The notes beneath the pieces were generated by a model. It was not told the DNA's origin and did not search any database. It was given only the letters and a program-made list of their open reading frames with translations. A stretch of 64,000 bases of DNA, from contig CALHCB010000087.1 of assembly GCA_937930695.1 (NCBI GenBank), forward strand, positions 196 to 64,195. Reading direction: 5' to 3'. This DNA is from an uncultured Acidimicrobiales bacterium. Its GTDB lineage: Bacteria > Actinomycetota > Acidimicrobiia > Acidimicrobiales > SZUA-35. A program made the translations under genes and the position numbers. The stretch's first letter is position 1. Every line of letters begins with the position of its first letter. Shown here piece by piece: positions 18,731 through 30,181 of this stretch.

Positions 18731-19708
18731 TCAGCCCTCACCCAGAAGTTCTCGGGTCATCCGCTCGGCCTGGCCAATCAGATCGGGCAAGTACTGATAG
18801 ACCGGCAACTCAGGCCGGTTCGAGAGCCAACCAACGATGATGAGGCTCCGGACCACGAGCAACATGTCCATGGTCGCTTCTTCGTCTTCGGAGAAGTCGT
18901 GCTCTGATCGGTACCCGTCGAGCAGGGCGCGCCGAGCCTCGGGAAAAGAGTCCTCCTCGAGCATTGGGTGGAGAGCAATTGCCAGTTCGTAGGCGAACCA
19001 CCCAGATCCCGCATCATCGAAGTCGATGACCGTCAATGCGTCCCCTTCAACCATCAGGTTGCCGAGGTGCAAGTCGGCATGAATCATGCCGAATCGTTCA
19101 GGCGCAGTCGAAAGTGCTGAGAGTCGTGTGTGCAACTCGGATCGAGCCGCCGTGAACAATGCTTTTTGTTCCGAGGTGAGGGCGGGCGCTTGCCAGAATC
19201 GACCCCATAGCGGGTCGGGCCCGACCAATCCATCTGCATCCCATCGTCGGCGAGTGAACCCAGCCGACGGAGACCACGATGCGTTGTGAGCCCGAATTCG
19301 GGCTGCGAGTTGGCCGATCTGGCCGTACTGGGCTGCAACGTTGCCATCGCCGGGGCTAAGGGGGCCTCCAAGTGGCGTCCCATCAACCCACTCAACGACA
19401 CCCACATACCTCGTCTCTCCACCGACAAGCACGGGCCGGTAGTACTCGCCGTGCATTGTCGGCACGGCGCTCGGCACAGGAAGGCCCGATGCCCCGAGTG
19501 CGCTCACCCATTGAACCTCAGAATTCAGCTCGTCAAGCGTGTTGTAGCCAGGACGATGCAGTCGCATGATCAGGTGTTCGCCACCGGGCAGCGCGAGGTC
19601 GCAGACGACGTTCTCCGAGTGCGAGATGATCGAGATCTCCTCCGGACGGAGATTCCATGCGATCGCGCTTTGTCTGGCCGCGTCGATGAACTCCTCAGCG
19701 GTCGGCAT
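18731..19708 (-). CDS. Phosphotransferase (APH / homoserine-kinase-II / hydroxylysine-kinase-like)
   Basis: Protein-kinase-like fold with MIHADLHLGNLMV and VIDFDD motifs. It overlaps the upstream aminotransferase stop by 14 nt. Confidence 0.85.
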   Translation of the reverse strand: MPTAEEFIDAARQSAIAWNLRPEEISIISHSENVVCDLALPGGEHLIMRLHRPGYNTLDELNSEVQWVSALGASGLPVPSAVPTMHGEYYRPVLVGGETRYVGVVEWVDGTPLGGPLSPGDGNVAAQYGQIGQLAARIRAHNASWSPSAGFTRRRWDADGLVGPDPLWGRFWQAPALTSEQKALFTAARSELHTRLSALSTAPERFGMIHADLHLGNLMVEGDALTVIDFDDAGSGWFAYELAIALHPMLEEDSFPEARRALLDGYRSEHDFSEDEEATMDMLLVVRSLIIVGWLSNRPELPVYQYLPDLIGQAERMTRELLGEG

Positions 19709-20981
19709 GCGCTGAACCCGTCACCCCAAGTGCAGTGGCAAACGCCTCGAGAAAGAGGTCAACGTGGGTGTCTTCAAACACCAACGGCGGACGAACCTTC
19801 AGGACGTTGCCGTGCTGACCAGCCTTCCCTAAAAGCATCCCCAGCCGCTTCAACTCTTCGACCATCTCTCCCGCTCCCGCAACATCCGGATCGGTCGTCC
19901 CTGGATGAACCCAGTCGATGCCGATAAAGAGACCACAGCCTCGAACGTCACCTGCTCGAGGGTCCTCAGCGACAGCTGACCTCAAGAGCGAGCGCAGGCG
20001 GGCTCCGACCCGCCCAACCTGTGCAACCAATCCGCGGTCGGTGATTTCGTCGATAACGGCGCCACCGGCCGCGGCCTGCATCGGACTCGAGGCAAACGTG
20101 TTGAAGTAGCGATGACGGGAACGAAAGTCCGATACTCGCTCGTGGCTGGAGGCCACCGCAGAAAGGGGCAAACCGTTCGCCATCGGCTTCCCCATGCACA
20201 CGATGTCCGGCACAAAGTTGTTGGTCTCATATCCCCACCAACTTCCACTTCGAGCGAATCCAGCCTGGACTTCATCAGCAATCACGAGGCCACCGGCTTC
20301 ATGGACCAGATCGACTGCTCGCTCGAACCAACCTGCCGGTGAGACCGGAAGACCCTCGTTAGCCAGGATCGAGCAGATCATCAGCGCCGCAAACCCCGTG
20401 CCGTCTGCCTGCATCGATTCGATCGTTGCCCCAAGTTGATCAAGGTGAAGCTGGCAAAGGTCTTCCTCGGACAGCTCCTCGTTCAGCGGTCGGTACAGCT
20501 GAGGCGTCGAGATGGATCGAATCCCGGATCGATCCTTTCCAACGGGTAGGAACGTCAGAGAGGCAACACTTCCCGCATTGCCGTGATAGGTCGCATCGGT
20601 ACAGATAATTCCTTGGCTCCCCGTTGCATCCCGTGCCATTCGGATCGCCAGTTCGGTGGCCTCGGTGCCACTACAGGCCAAGATTGCCGACTCGATGCCA
20701 CCGTGGTGGAGCCCAACGAGGCGTTCGGTGTAGTCGATGACACCCTCGTGCAGATACCGACTGTGCACGTTGAGAGTTGCAGCTTGTTCTGCGAGGGCGC
20801 TCACGACTCGCGGATTCGCGTGTCCGACGCAAGGCACATTGTTGTAGAGATCCAAAAACTTCCGGCCAGCGGGATCCTCGAGCCAGACTCCTTCGCCGCG
20901 CACCAACTCGATCGGATCCTCGTAGAAGAGGGGCGCGTTGTCACCCATGACCAGGTGGTGTCGGTGAAGAAGATCGGGCAT
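19695..20981 (-). CDS. Class-III aminotransferase family protein, phospho-lyase-like subgroup
   Basis: The segment NNVPCVGHANPRVVSALAEQAATLNVHSRYLHEGVIDYTERL resembles the AGXT2L-type subgroup. ORF 19695..21089 is trimmed to ATG 20981 (MPDLLHRHH...). Confidence 0.85.
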   Translation of the reverse strand: MPDLLHRHHLVMGDNAPLFYEDPIELVRGEGVWLEDPAGRKFLDLYNNVPCVGHANPRVVSALAEQAATLNVHSRYLHEGVIDYTERLVGLHHGGIESAILACSGTEATELAIRMARDATGSQGIICTDATYHGNAGSVASLTFLPVGKDRSGIRSISTPQLYRPLNEELSEEDLCQLHLDQLGATIESMQADGTGFAALMICSILANEGLPVSPAGWFERAVDLVHEAGGLVIADEVQAGFARSGSWWGYETNNFVPDIVCMGKPMANGLPLSAVASSHERVSDFRSRHRYFNTFASSPMQAAAGGAVIDEITDRGLVAQVGRVGARLRSLLRSAVAEDPRAGDVRGCGLFIGIDWVHPGTTDPDVAGAGEMVEELKRLGMLLGKAGQHGNVLKVRPPLVFEDTHVDLFLEAFATALGVTGSAHADR

Positions 20982-21067
20982 CGGGCCAGTCTTTCCGAAA
21001 CCCGGCTCAACGTCGACCTCACACGGCAACTCCTTCGTGCTGCAGCCGACCGGACTAGGTTCCTTCG

Positions 21068-22471
21068 ATGACCGACCAGCTATGGACAAAGTCTGCGACC
21101 GAACTCGCCGAGTTGATCAACGATGGTGAGGTTTCGAGTGTCGAAGTCGTCGACGCTCACTTGGCTCGTATCGAACAGGTCAACCCTGCACTCAATGCCA
21201 TCACTGTTGAGATGGCTGACTTGGCTCGCGACGAAGCAGCCAAGGCAGACACGACCCGAGCCGACGGCAGCGTGCTCGGCCCACTTCACGGTGTGCCCTT
21301 CACGATCAAAGAAAACATCGACCAGGTGGGATTCGCGACGACACAGGGCGTCGCCGCGCTGGCCGACGCTCAACCACCTCGCAACGCGCCGACGGTGCAA
21401 CGCATGCTCGATGCAGGCGCGATCCCCATTGGTCGGACCAACATGCCCGAACTCGGTCTTCGCGTATCCACTGACAACGCGCTACGCGGTCTCACTCGAA
21501 ATCCGTGGAGCTTCGAGCACACGGCCGGAGGTTCGAGCGGCGGTGAGGGCTCGGCGATCGCATCGGGAATGAGTCCAATCGGTCTCGGAAACGACATCGG
21601 TGGCTCCGTACGAAATCCTGCTTTGTGTTGCGGGATCGCAGCGCTCAAACCTGGCTACGGAAGAATCCCGCGAGTGCCATCGCTTCCCCCAACAGAGCCG
21701 GGAATCTCCGCTCAACTCATGGCAGTTGAGGGTCCCATGGCCCGCACCGTCTCAGACTTGCGAGTTGGCTATGAGATCCTTTCCGGTCGACTGCCTGCTG
21801 ATCCCCGAATCGCGGACGCTCCGCTCGATGGTGCTGTCGTCCCACGACGATGTGGCGTGGTGCGATCACTCGGCGTTCATCCCGTTGACACCGGAGCACG
21901 TCAGGCCGTCGACCACGCGGCGGCAGCGATGGCAGATGCAGGGTGGGAGATCGTCGAACTGGCTGCGCCCGAGCTCAATGCGGTCCATGAGGTCTGGCTT
22001 CGCCTCCTGGCATTCGACTTCAGCGAGGTGATCGACCAACTCGCACTGATCATGGGGGGAGACGAGATCCGAGTATTGAGGGCGCTCATCGAGGAAGCGA
22101 GCGAGATTCCTGGGAGCGCGCAGCAACTCTTCATGGAACGTCTGAGACTTCAGAAGGTTTGGTCAGAGATGTTTGCGATCACCCCCATCGTCATCGGACC
22201 TGGGTGGAATACCGGCCCCTTCGTTCACGGTGCCGACATCGAGGTCGGCCGGCAGATGAAGATTCTCGAAGACCAACTGAGTTTCGTGGTCCCTGGCAAT
22301 GCGCTTGGTCTGCCCGTGGTCGCGTTGTCAACCGACCAGCACGAGGGACTTCCGATCGGGGTGCAGATCTACGCCGACCATTGGCGGGAGGATCTGTGTC
22401 TCGAAGCTGCTGCTGTCGTTGAGGCCGTGAACGGAAGTCGTCGACCCATCGATCCTGTCTGGATTGAATGA
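21068..22471 (+). CDS. Amidase (amidase-signature family)
   Basis: The GGSSGGEGSAIA signature and a Ser-cisSer-Lys family-like sequence. Confidence 0.92.
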   Translation: MTDQLWTKSATELAELINDGEVSSVEVVDAHLARIEQVNPALNAITVEMADLARDEAAKADTTRADGSVLGPLHGVPFTIKENIDQVGFATTQGVAALADAQPPRNAPTVQRMLDAGAIPIGRTNMPELGLRVSTDNALRGLTRNPWSFEHTAGGSSGGEGSAIASGMSPIGLGNDIGGSVRNPALCCGIAALKPGYGRIPRVPSLPPTEPGISAQLMAVEGPMARTVSDLRVGYEILSGRLPADPRIADAPLDGAVVPRRCGVVRSLGVHPVDTGARQAVDHAAAAMADAGWEIVELAAPELNAVHEVWLRLLAFDFSEVIDQLALIMGGDEIRVLRALIEEASEIPGSAQQLFMERLRLQKVWSEMFAITPIVIGPGWNTGPFVHGADIEVGRQMKILEDQLSFVVPGNALGLPVVALSTDQHEGLPIGVQIYADHWREDLCLEAAAVVEAVNGSRRPIDPVWIE

Positions 22472-22485
22472 CCCTCCAGGGCTAA

Positions 22486-24108
<1,623 letters not shown>

Positions 24109-24117
24109 GCGCGTCGC

Positions 24118-24612
24118 TCAGTCCATCCTCCTGGATTCGGGGGATGTTGATCGGTCGATTGCGAGTCGCCAGAACGGTTCACCGTCGCGCTCGCCATTCT
24201 CGACCAGCCCGGCTGAACGGTACGCGGCGTGAGCAGCGTGATTGTCTGGATGGGCGGACACGACCAGCTCGGTGCACCCACTGTCGAGCGACCGGACTCG
24301 ATGAGCGACTGCCTTGACGGCCGAGGTTCCGAAACCACGTCCCTGGTGCCGCGCGTCGATTGCGACATGACGCAACTCGCTGCTGCCACCGCCGTGCGTG
24401 AGAGCCAAGACGCCGACGACGGTACCCACGCTGTCACGGAGGAGAAACGGTTCCCAACGCCGGTCGTCCGGCTGCACGAAACACTTTGCCAGGACAACGA
24501 GCGCCACCGGCTGGCAATCGGCGACGAACGCAACCTGATCATCGTCGACGCGCACCTCGAGTGCTTCCCGCCAGTTGCTCGCATCGATGAGCTCGAGATC
24601 GACCACGGCCAA
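24118..24612 (-). CDS. GNAT family N-acetyltransferase
   Basis: The acetyl-CoA motif HQGRGFGTSAV. Confidence 0.85.
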   Translation of the reverse strand: MAVVDLELIDASNWREALEVRVDDDQVAFVADCQPVALVVLAKCFVQPDDRRWEPFLLRDSVGTVVGVLALTHGGGSSELRHVAIDARHQGRGFGTSAVKAVAHRVRSLDSGCTELVVSAHPDNHAAHAAYRSAGLVENGERDGEPFWRLAIDRSTSPESRRMD

Positions 24613-24665
24613 CTCTCTTCGTAGTTCGGGAGAACGGCAAGGGCACTCGGTACCCTCGCCCTCGC

Positions 24666-25085
24666 CTAGGTTCGAACGAGCCGGAAGACCGGAATCTCTC
24701 GATTGGCCTCTGCCGCGCTCTTCTCGTACTCAAGGAACTGCGGCATGGTCGCAGCCTGCGCTGCGTAGAGCCGCGAGCGCTCGTCACCCTCGGCGAGAAC
24801 TGCGGTGGCGTCCCACTTCTCGGTGCCGACCTCGACAACGACCGCTGGGTTGGCCACCAGGTTGTGATACCAGTTCGGGTGAATCGGGGCACCGCCCTTC
24901 GACGCGATGATCACGACGTCATCGCCGTCGCTCGAATAGACCAGAGGCGAGCAGAGTTCACGCCCAGACTTCGCACCGGTCATCGTGATGAGCACCATTG
25001 GTGCTCCCTCAAACGGGCCACCGCAGACGCCGTCATTGGCTCGGAACTCTTCGATGACACCCTTGTTGAATTCTAGAAAGTCCAT
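24666..25085 (-). CDS. Deazaflavin-dependent nitroreductase (DDN-like) family protein
   Basis: NKGVIEEFRANDG...PMVLITMTGAKSGRE...ASKGGAPIHPNWYHNL is typical of this family. Confidence 0.85.
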   Translation of the reverse strand: MDFLEFNKGVIEEFRANDGVCGGPFEGAPMVLITMTGAKSGRELCSPLVYSSDGDDVVIIASKGGAPIHPNWYHNLVANPAVVVEVGTEKWDATAVLAEGDERSRLYAAQAATMPQFLEYEKSAAEANREIPVFRLVRT

Positions 25086-25127
25086 GTTGTCCTCGTGTTG
25101 TGCGTTGAGGTCTGACCCTAGCGACGT

Positions 25128-25847
25128 TCAGTGCTTCGCCGAGACGTAATTTTTCAGCATGTGAGCTGCACCATGCGGGCCATTGAGGGCTGCGTTCTCC
25201 CCATAAATCGCCTCTTTTTGCCAGCCATAGTTCTCACGATTGGCAGCCAACGGAGCGAGTTCTGCCGCTCTTGTCATCGCCGCGTCGTTCAATTGATCGA
25301 GCGGAAGCGCTGCTTCGACAAAACCGGCTCCCACTGCAGCCGCAGCCGTCCAACGCTTGGCCAACATGACGGTCTCGTGAAACGCCGGTGCAGGAATTTT
25401 ATGCCGGAACAACGCGATCTCCGGAATCGGAATCGTGAGTCCGATCTGCAATTCGTTCGCGCACAGAAAGCCGCGATCTTCACGCATCAGACGGACGTCG
25501 TGGCCCAGCGCACACATGAAGCCTGCTCCGAACGTGTGGCCGTTTAGGGCCGCGACAGTCGGAACCGGCAGGGTGATGATCCGGCCCATGACCTCCATGA
25601 ACTCCTCACCGAAAGTGGCTCGATCGCCGCCACGGTGTTCGCCCTTGCTGGTCACCCAATCAAGATCAAGCCCGTTCGAAAAGAACTTCTCGTGCGCCGA
25701 GGCAGTCACCATTGCGGCGGGCCCACTCGATGCTTCAACCTCGTCCAGGGCACGAGCGAATTCCCGGACGAACGTTGTGTTCCATCTGTTCTCGTCATCG
25801 GCCATGGTCAGAACAAAGACGTCGTCGTGCCGTTCCAGATCAATCAT
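25128..25847 (-). CDS. Enoyl-CoA hydratase/isomerase family protein
   Basis: Crotonase fold (FFSNGLDLDW..., ALNGHTFGAGFM...). The start is at ATG 25847 (MIDLERHDD...). Confidence 0.85.
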   Translation of the reverse strand: MIDLERHDDVFVLTMADDENRWNTTFVREFARALDEVEASSGPAAMVTASAHEKFFSNGLDLDWVTSKGEHRGGDRATFGEEFMEVMGRIITLPVPTVAALNGHTFGAGFMCALGHDVRLMREDRGFLCANELQIGLTIPIPEIALFRHKIPAPAFHETVMLAKRWTAAAAVGAGFVEAALPLDQLNDAAMTRAAELAPLAANRENYGWQKEAIYGENAALNGPHGAAHMLKNYVSAKH

Positions 25848-25935
25848 CACGAAGCAAAACGTAGCTCGCCATCGCTCAATCCGATAACCGAACACGCTCG
25901 CACAAAATGTACGGACATTGTCCTACTATTGATCC

Positions 25936-26409
25936 ATGACCTCCCGGACTCCCCTGTTCGCTCTTCTCGCCCCCCTCGCCCTTGCGGCGGGGTGCACGGG
26001 CGACGGAGGATCGACCGAAGAGGTCCTTCCCGACACACCTTCGGTTCAGAGCGATGCCCTCGAGAACGAGGCCGATGAAGGCGGACTGCGCCTGATCAGC
26101 CCTGAAGAGGGAGCAGCGCTCCAAGCCTCGCCGCCCGCAGACCTCGTCATTCTCGATGTACGGACGCCCGAAGAATTCGCTGAGGGGCACCTCGAGGGGG
26201 CTGTCCTCGTCGACTTCTACGACGAAGACTTCGCTGACCAGTTGGCCGGGTTGGATCCCGACGTCCCCTATCTGCTGTATTGCCGATCGGGCAATCGCAG
26301 CGGCCAGACCCTTGCCATGATGAGCGGCCTGGGCTTCGCTGACGTCGCAGATGTCGACGGAGGCATCGTTGCTTGGACCGCCGATGGGCATGCCCTCATC
26401 GAGGGATAA
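25936..26409 (+). CDS. Rhodanese-domain lipoprotein
   Basis: Signal peptide with the lipobox LAAGC, and the rhodanese active-site loop YCRSGNRS. Confidence 0.88.
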   Translation: MTSRTPLFALLAPLALAAGCTGDGGSTEEVLPDTPSVQSDALENEADEGGLRLISPEEGAALQASPPADLVILDVRTPEEFAEGHLEGAVLVDFYDEDFADQLAGLDPDVPYLLYCRSGNRSGQTLAMMSGLGFADVADVDGGIVAWTADGHALIEG

Positions 26410-26469
26410 TCGGCTTCGTGCTCGCGCACTCGCTGAGTCTGCTCGCTCGTTGACGGTGGAGCAGCCATC

Positions 26470-28089
26470 ATGTCCGTCATGAACGACACATCGTCCGGCA
26501 TGGTTTCCGCTGCACAGCCCGAGGCGGTGGAGGCCGGGGTCAATGCCCTGCGGGCGGGTGGCAATGCCGTCGACGCCGCGATCGCATGTGCACTCGTCGC
26601 TGGTGTCGTTGATCCGCAGATGTGCGGCATTGCCGGATTCGGGAACGCGCAACTCTTCTTGCCGGGTGAGGGAGTGCACACCTGCGTCGACTTTCATGGA
26701 ACGTCGCCCGCTGCAACACGACCCGACATGTGGGAGCACCTCGTGGTCGGCGAGACCCGGGACGGATTCGGCTTCCTGCTCGAGGGCAACGTCAACGACG
26801 TGGGCTACCAATCGATCACCACGCCAGGCTCGCTGCTTGCCTACTACGAAGCGCAAACGCGCTACGGCCGGCTTGCCTGGGCCGACGTCGTTGCGCCCGC
26901 TATCGAGTGGGCCGAAACCGGGTTTCCCATTCGGCCAGCCGTCTATCACTGGTGGCAGGACGGAGCTGCGATGGGACGAGTCAACACCATGGAGCGGCTG
27001 GCCTTCACTGAGTCCGGACGCCGGATCTACTTCCACGACGACGGATCCCTTCGTCGAATTGGTGAGACACTGCGGAATCCAGACCTCGCTCGTTCGCTCC
27101 GCCGAATTGCAGACGGCGGAGCAGCCGAGTTCTACACCGGCTCGATGGCAACCGAGATCGCCGCTGACATAGCCGCGAACGGAGGACTTCTTTCCGCAGA
27201 AGATCTTGCGAACTACCAGACGGTCTGGGGTGACCCTCTGCGATCGTCCTACCGGGGACGAGATATTGCAACGAACCGACCGCCGGGCGGCGGGGTGATG
27301 GTCGCCCAGATGCTCAACGTTCTCTCACACTTCGACCTCGAACACCTCGGACACAACAGCATCGACTACGTCAGGACGGTCTCCGAAGCGATGAAGTTCG
27401 CCACCGCCGACAAGGATGCGCATGTCGGCGATCCTGAGTTCGTCGACGTCCCGCTCGACCGTCTGCTCTCGGCTGACCACAGCGCGGTGCTGGCATCCCG
27501 AATTCGGTCCGGGGACCGAGCCGAGGTGTCTCGCATGCAAGGCGAACCTCCAGACACAACGCACGTGTGTGTGATCGACGGCGATGGCAACGCCATGACC
27601 ATGACCCATTCGCTCGGCATGCCTTCGGGGGTGATCACCGACGGTTTGGGGTTCATGTACAACGGCTGTATGGGGGTCTTCGATCCCCGACCCGGGCGAG
27701 CGGGCTCACTCGCTCCCGGCAAGCGCCGCTTCAGCTCGCTCTGTCCCACGATGGTGTTTCGCGACGGAGCGCTGGAATTCGTAGTGGGTGCCCCAGGCGG
27801 AACGCAGATCGCAATCGGTGTGACTCAGGTCCTTCTGAACCTGATCGACTTCGACATGCCAATTCTCGACGCCATCGCGGCCCCTAGATTCTCCGGCACG
27901 AGCAACGCCATCGACGTCTCGAATCGAATTCCTCGCTCGGTCACCGATCCACTCGCTGAGGAGGGCTACGAGATCATCCGTTGGCCTCAGAGTTACGCGT
28001 TCGCGCTCGTGCATGGGATTGCCGTCACGCCAAGCGGCCTTCGAGGTGCTGCGGATCCCGGGGGCGACGGAATGGCAATGTCGACATAA
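26470..28089 (+). CDS. Gamma-glutamyltransferase family protein
   Basis: GGT-like throughout, with an autoprocessing/nucleophile Thr region PDTTHVCVIDGDGNA. No obvious signal peptide. Confidence 0.9.
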   Translation: MSVMNDTSSGMVSAAQPEAVEAGVNALRAGGNAVDAAIACALVAGVVDPQMCGIAGFGNAQLFLPGEGVHTCVDFHGTSPAATRPDMWEHLVVGETRDGFGFLLEGNVNDVGYQSITTPGSLLAYYEAQTRYGRLAWADVVAPAIEWAETGFPIRPAVYHWWQDGAAMGRVNTMERLAFTESGRRIYFHDDGSLRRIGETLRNPDLARSLRRIADGGAAEFYTGSMATEIAADIAANGGLLSAEDLANYQTVWGDPLRSSYRGRDIATNRPPGGGVMVAQMLNVLSHFDLEHLGHNSIDYVRTVSEAMKFATADKDAHVGDPEFVDVPLDRLLSADHSAVLASRIRSGDRAEVSRMQGEPPDTTHVCVIDGDGNAMTMTHSLGMPSGVITDGLGFMYNGCMGVFDPRPGRAGSLAPGKRRFSSLCPTMVFRDGALEFVVGAPGGTQIAIGVTQVLLNLIDFDMPILDAIAAPRFSGTSNAIDVSNRIPRSVTDPLAEEGYEIIRWPQSYAFALVHGIAVTPSGLRGAADPGGDGMAMST

Positions 28090-28127
28090 CAGTCGCTTTA
28101 CCCGCCGGTGGACGCTCAACTCCGCGA

Positions 28128-29375
28128 TCAATCAATGATGGCCTGGTAGACCAACGTCTTCATGTCTCGATCTGGCAATTCAACGCCGGTCATGTACTGC
28201 GACATGAAGATTCCGACCAGCTCCTCTGCCGGATCGACCCAGTAGTACGTCTTGGCTGCTCCTGCCCACCCGTACTCGCCGACTGAACCTTGTGCCGCGC
28301 TCGCCGCTACATCCATCATGACTCGCGATCCCAGGCCAAAACCCAGACCACCCTGAGAACGTCCGAGGAGGTCGAACGGAAGCAGAGCTGCCGGAAGATG
28401 ATTGGCATGCATGAGTTCGAGCGTCTTTCGGCCAACGATTCGCTCTCCGTCCAGCTCTCCGCCGTTCAGCAGCATCTGTGCAAACCGGCGGTAGTCGCCG
28501 ATCGTCGAGAAGAGACCAAGGCCGCCGCGAGCAAAAACATCGGGAGTATCCGTTGGGTAGGTCTCCGATACGTCGATGCGCTCGTTGAATCCACTGAGGG
28601 CCGCTTCAACCAGTTGGGTGAACCCGTGGTCCTTTCCGATGAGGTCCGGCAACCCATACATCGCGGACAGACGGCCGAGTTCTGACTCCTCGACGCCGAA
28701 CGCAGTATCGACCATGCCCAATGGTTCGAACATCCGTTCAGCCAAAAAGTCACCCAACGACTGCCCTGACAAAATCTCGACCAGCCGCGCCGCCACGTCG
28801 ATGCCGACGCTGTAGTGCCAACGCTCCCCTGGTTGAGAAGCAAGCGGGAGATCAGCGATGGCGTCAACGGTCTCCTCGAGCGTTCGGGTTGCGTCATTCA
28901 TGATCCGTGCCTCGCGATACATGGCTCCGACTGGTGTGTCTTCCATGAAGTCGTAGGTAAGCCCGCTCGTGTGCATCAGTAGCTCACGAACCTCCATTGG
29001 ACGGGCCTGGGCAACAAGGGAACTGTCCGCCTGGAGCACCTGGGTCGCCCCGAACGCCGGCAGATACTTGGCCACAGGATCGTTCAACGCGAACTTGGTC
29101 TCCTCCTGAAGGAGCATCAACGCCGTGCTGACGATGGGCTTGGTCATGGAATAGATCCGGAAGATCGTGTCGGCCGTCATTGGCTCGCCAGCCTCTGCAT
29201 CTCGACTGCCGACCTCTGCTGAGTGCACGAGTTCACCCCGTCGACTCACCGACATCGCCGCTCCAGCCAAGGTGCCGTCGTCGACGAATTCTTGCATCAC
29301 GTCGTTGATGCGAGTGAGGCGCTTCGCGCTCATCCCGACTGATTCTGGGGCCGTCACCACTGAAGAGCTGCTCAC
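28128..29375 (-). CDS. Serine hydrolase (beta-lactamase / DD-peptidase class C fold)
   Basis: SxxK motif (YSMTKP) and YSV/GxD family regions. Confidence 0.88.
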   Translation of the reverse strand: MSSSSVVTAPESVGMSAKRLTRINDVMQEFVDDGTLAGAAMSVSRRGELVHSAEVGSRDAEAGEPMTADTIFRIYSMTKPIVSTALMLLQEETKFALNDPVAKYLPAFGATQVLQADSSLVAQARPMEVRELLMHTSGLTYDFMEDTPVGAMYREARIMNDATRTLEETVDAIADLPLASQPGERWHYSVGIDVAARLVEILSGQSLGDFLAERMFEPLGMVDTAFGVEESELGRLSAMYGLPDLIGKDHGFTQLVEAALSGFNERIDVSETYPTDTPDVFARGGLGLFSTIGDYRRFAQMLLNGGELDGERIVGRKTLELMHANHLPAALLPFDLLGRSQGGLGFGLGSRVMMDVAASAAQGSVGEYGWAGAAKTYYWVDPAEELVGIFMSQYMTGVELPDRDMKTLVYQAIID

Positions 29376-29508
29376 GAAGGTCCGATCGTCGAGAAAGAAC
29401 CGAGACTACTGGGACGATGGAACCGGGTCGATTTGGACGCTCTGGCTCGTCCAGTCTCCCCAAGTTGATGGTTCCCTATCGAGACGGCACCTCACTAGTG
29501 TGCTCGGT

Positions 29509-30090
29509 GTGACCAGTGACGAAACTCCGCTCAGCACGTCTGCCCCAGGCACGCCACCGCGGCCCGACGTCCCGCGCACCTACCGGAACGGGCCGAGCGA
29601 GCCACATTGCTTCAGCGATGGCCCAGGCACTTGGGTGGAGATCGTGATCTCGGGACCGAGCGACAAGGTGTGGACCGCGGTAACTGACATTGATCTGCCC
29701 GCTCGGTTCTCCGAGGAGTTTCAGGGCGCCGATTGGATCGATGCCGGGCCCGCGCTCGGTGCCTCATTCAACGGACGCAACGAAAACTCAACGATCGGAG
29801 CGTGGGAGCTCACCTCGTGGGTCAACCGGTACGAGGAAGGAACGTTGTTCGGTTGGGCGACCTCAGATCGAGCCAAGCCTGGCGCCGAGTGGTGGTTCAC
29901 GCTGGAGCCGACCGACGGAGGAACGCTGCTTCGTTATGACGTGACGATCGGTCCTGGCCCGTCGGGGTTGTCCACCGTCATCGAGTTGATGCCGGATAAG
30001 GAGGCCCGAATCATCTCGGGCCGCCTCCGCGAACTCCACACCAACATGCAGCGAACCGTCGAGGGAATCCGAGACCTGGTCGAGGCATGA
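29509..30090 (+). CDS. SRPBCC (START/polyketide-cyclase-like) family protein
   Basis: The C-terminal approximately 150 aa are SRPBCC-like (ISGPSDKVWTAVTDIDLPARFSEEF...). The tracked ORF 29167..30090 overlaps the antisense hydrolase gene, so the start is placed at GTG 29509 (29500 is also possible). Confidence 0.65.
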   Translation: MTSDETPLSTSAPGTPPRPDVPRTYRNGPSEPHCFSDGPGTWVEIVISGPSDKVWTAVTDIDLPARFSEEFQGADWIDAGPALGASFNGRNENSTIGAWELTSWVNRYEEGTLFGWATSDRAKPGAEWWFTLEPTDGGTLLRYDVTIGPGPSGLSTVIELMPDKEARIISGRLRELHTNMQRTVEGIRDLVEA

Positions 30091-30181
30091 CGACGCGTTG
30101 CGTCGACCGGTGAAGAAGGTCGTTGGCGAGCGAGCCGAAGCGACGAGTGAAACATCGATCCAGCGCCCTAGCCTCTCGACC

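Noticed and set aside
25876-27036. 386-aa ORF on the minus strand
   Set aside because: It is antisense to the rhodanese lipoprotein and GGT genes and has no domain features. The plus-strand genes are well supported.
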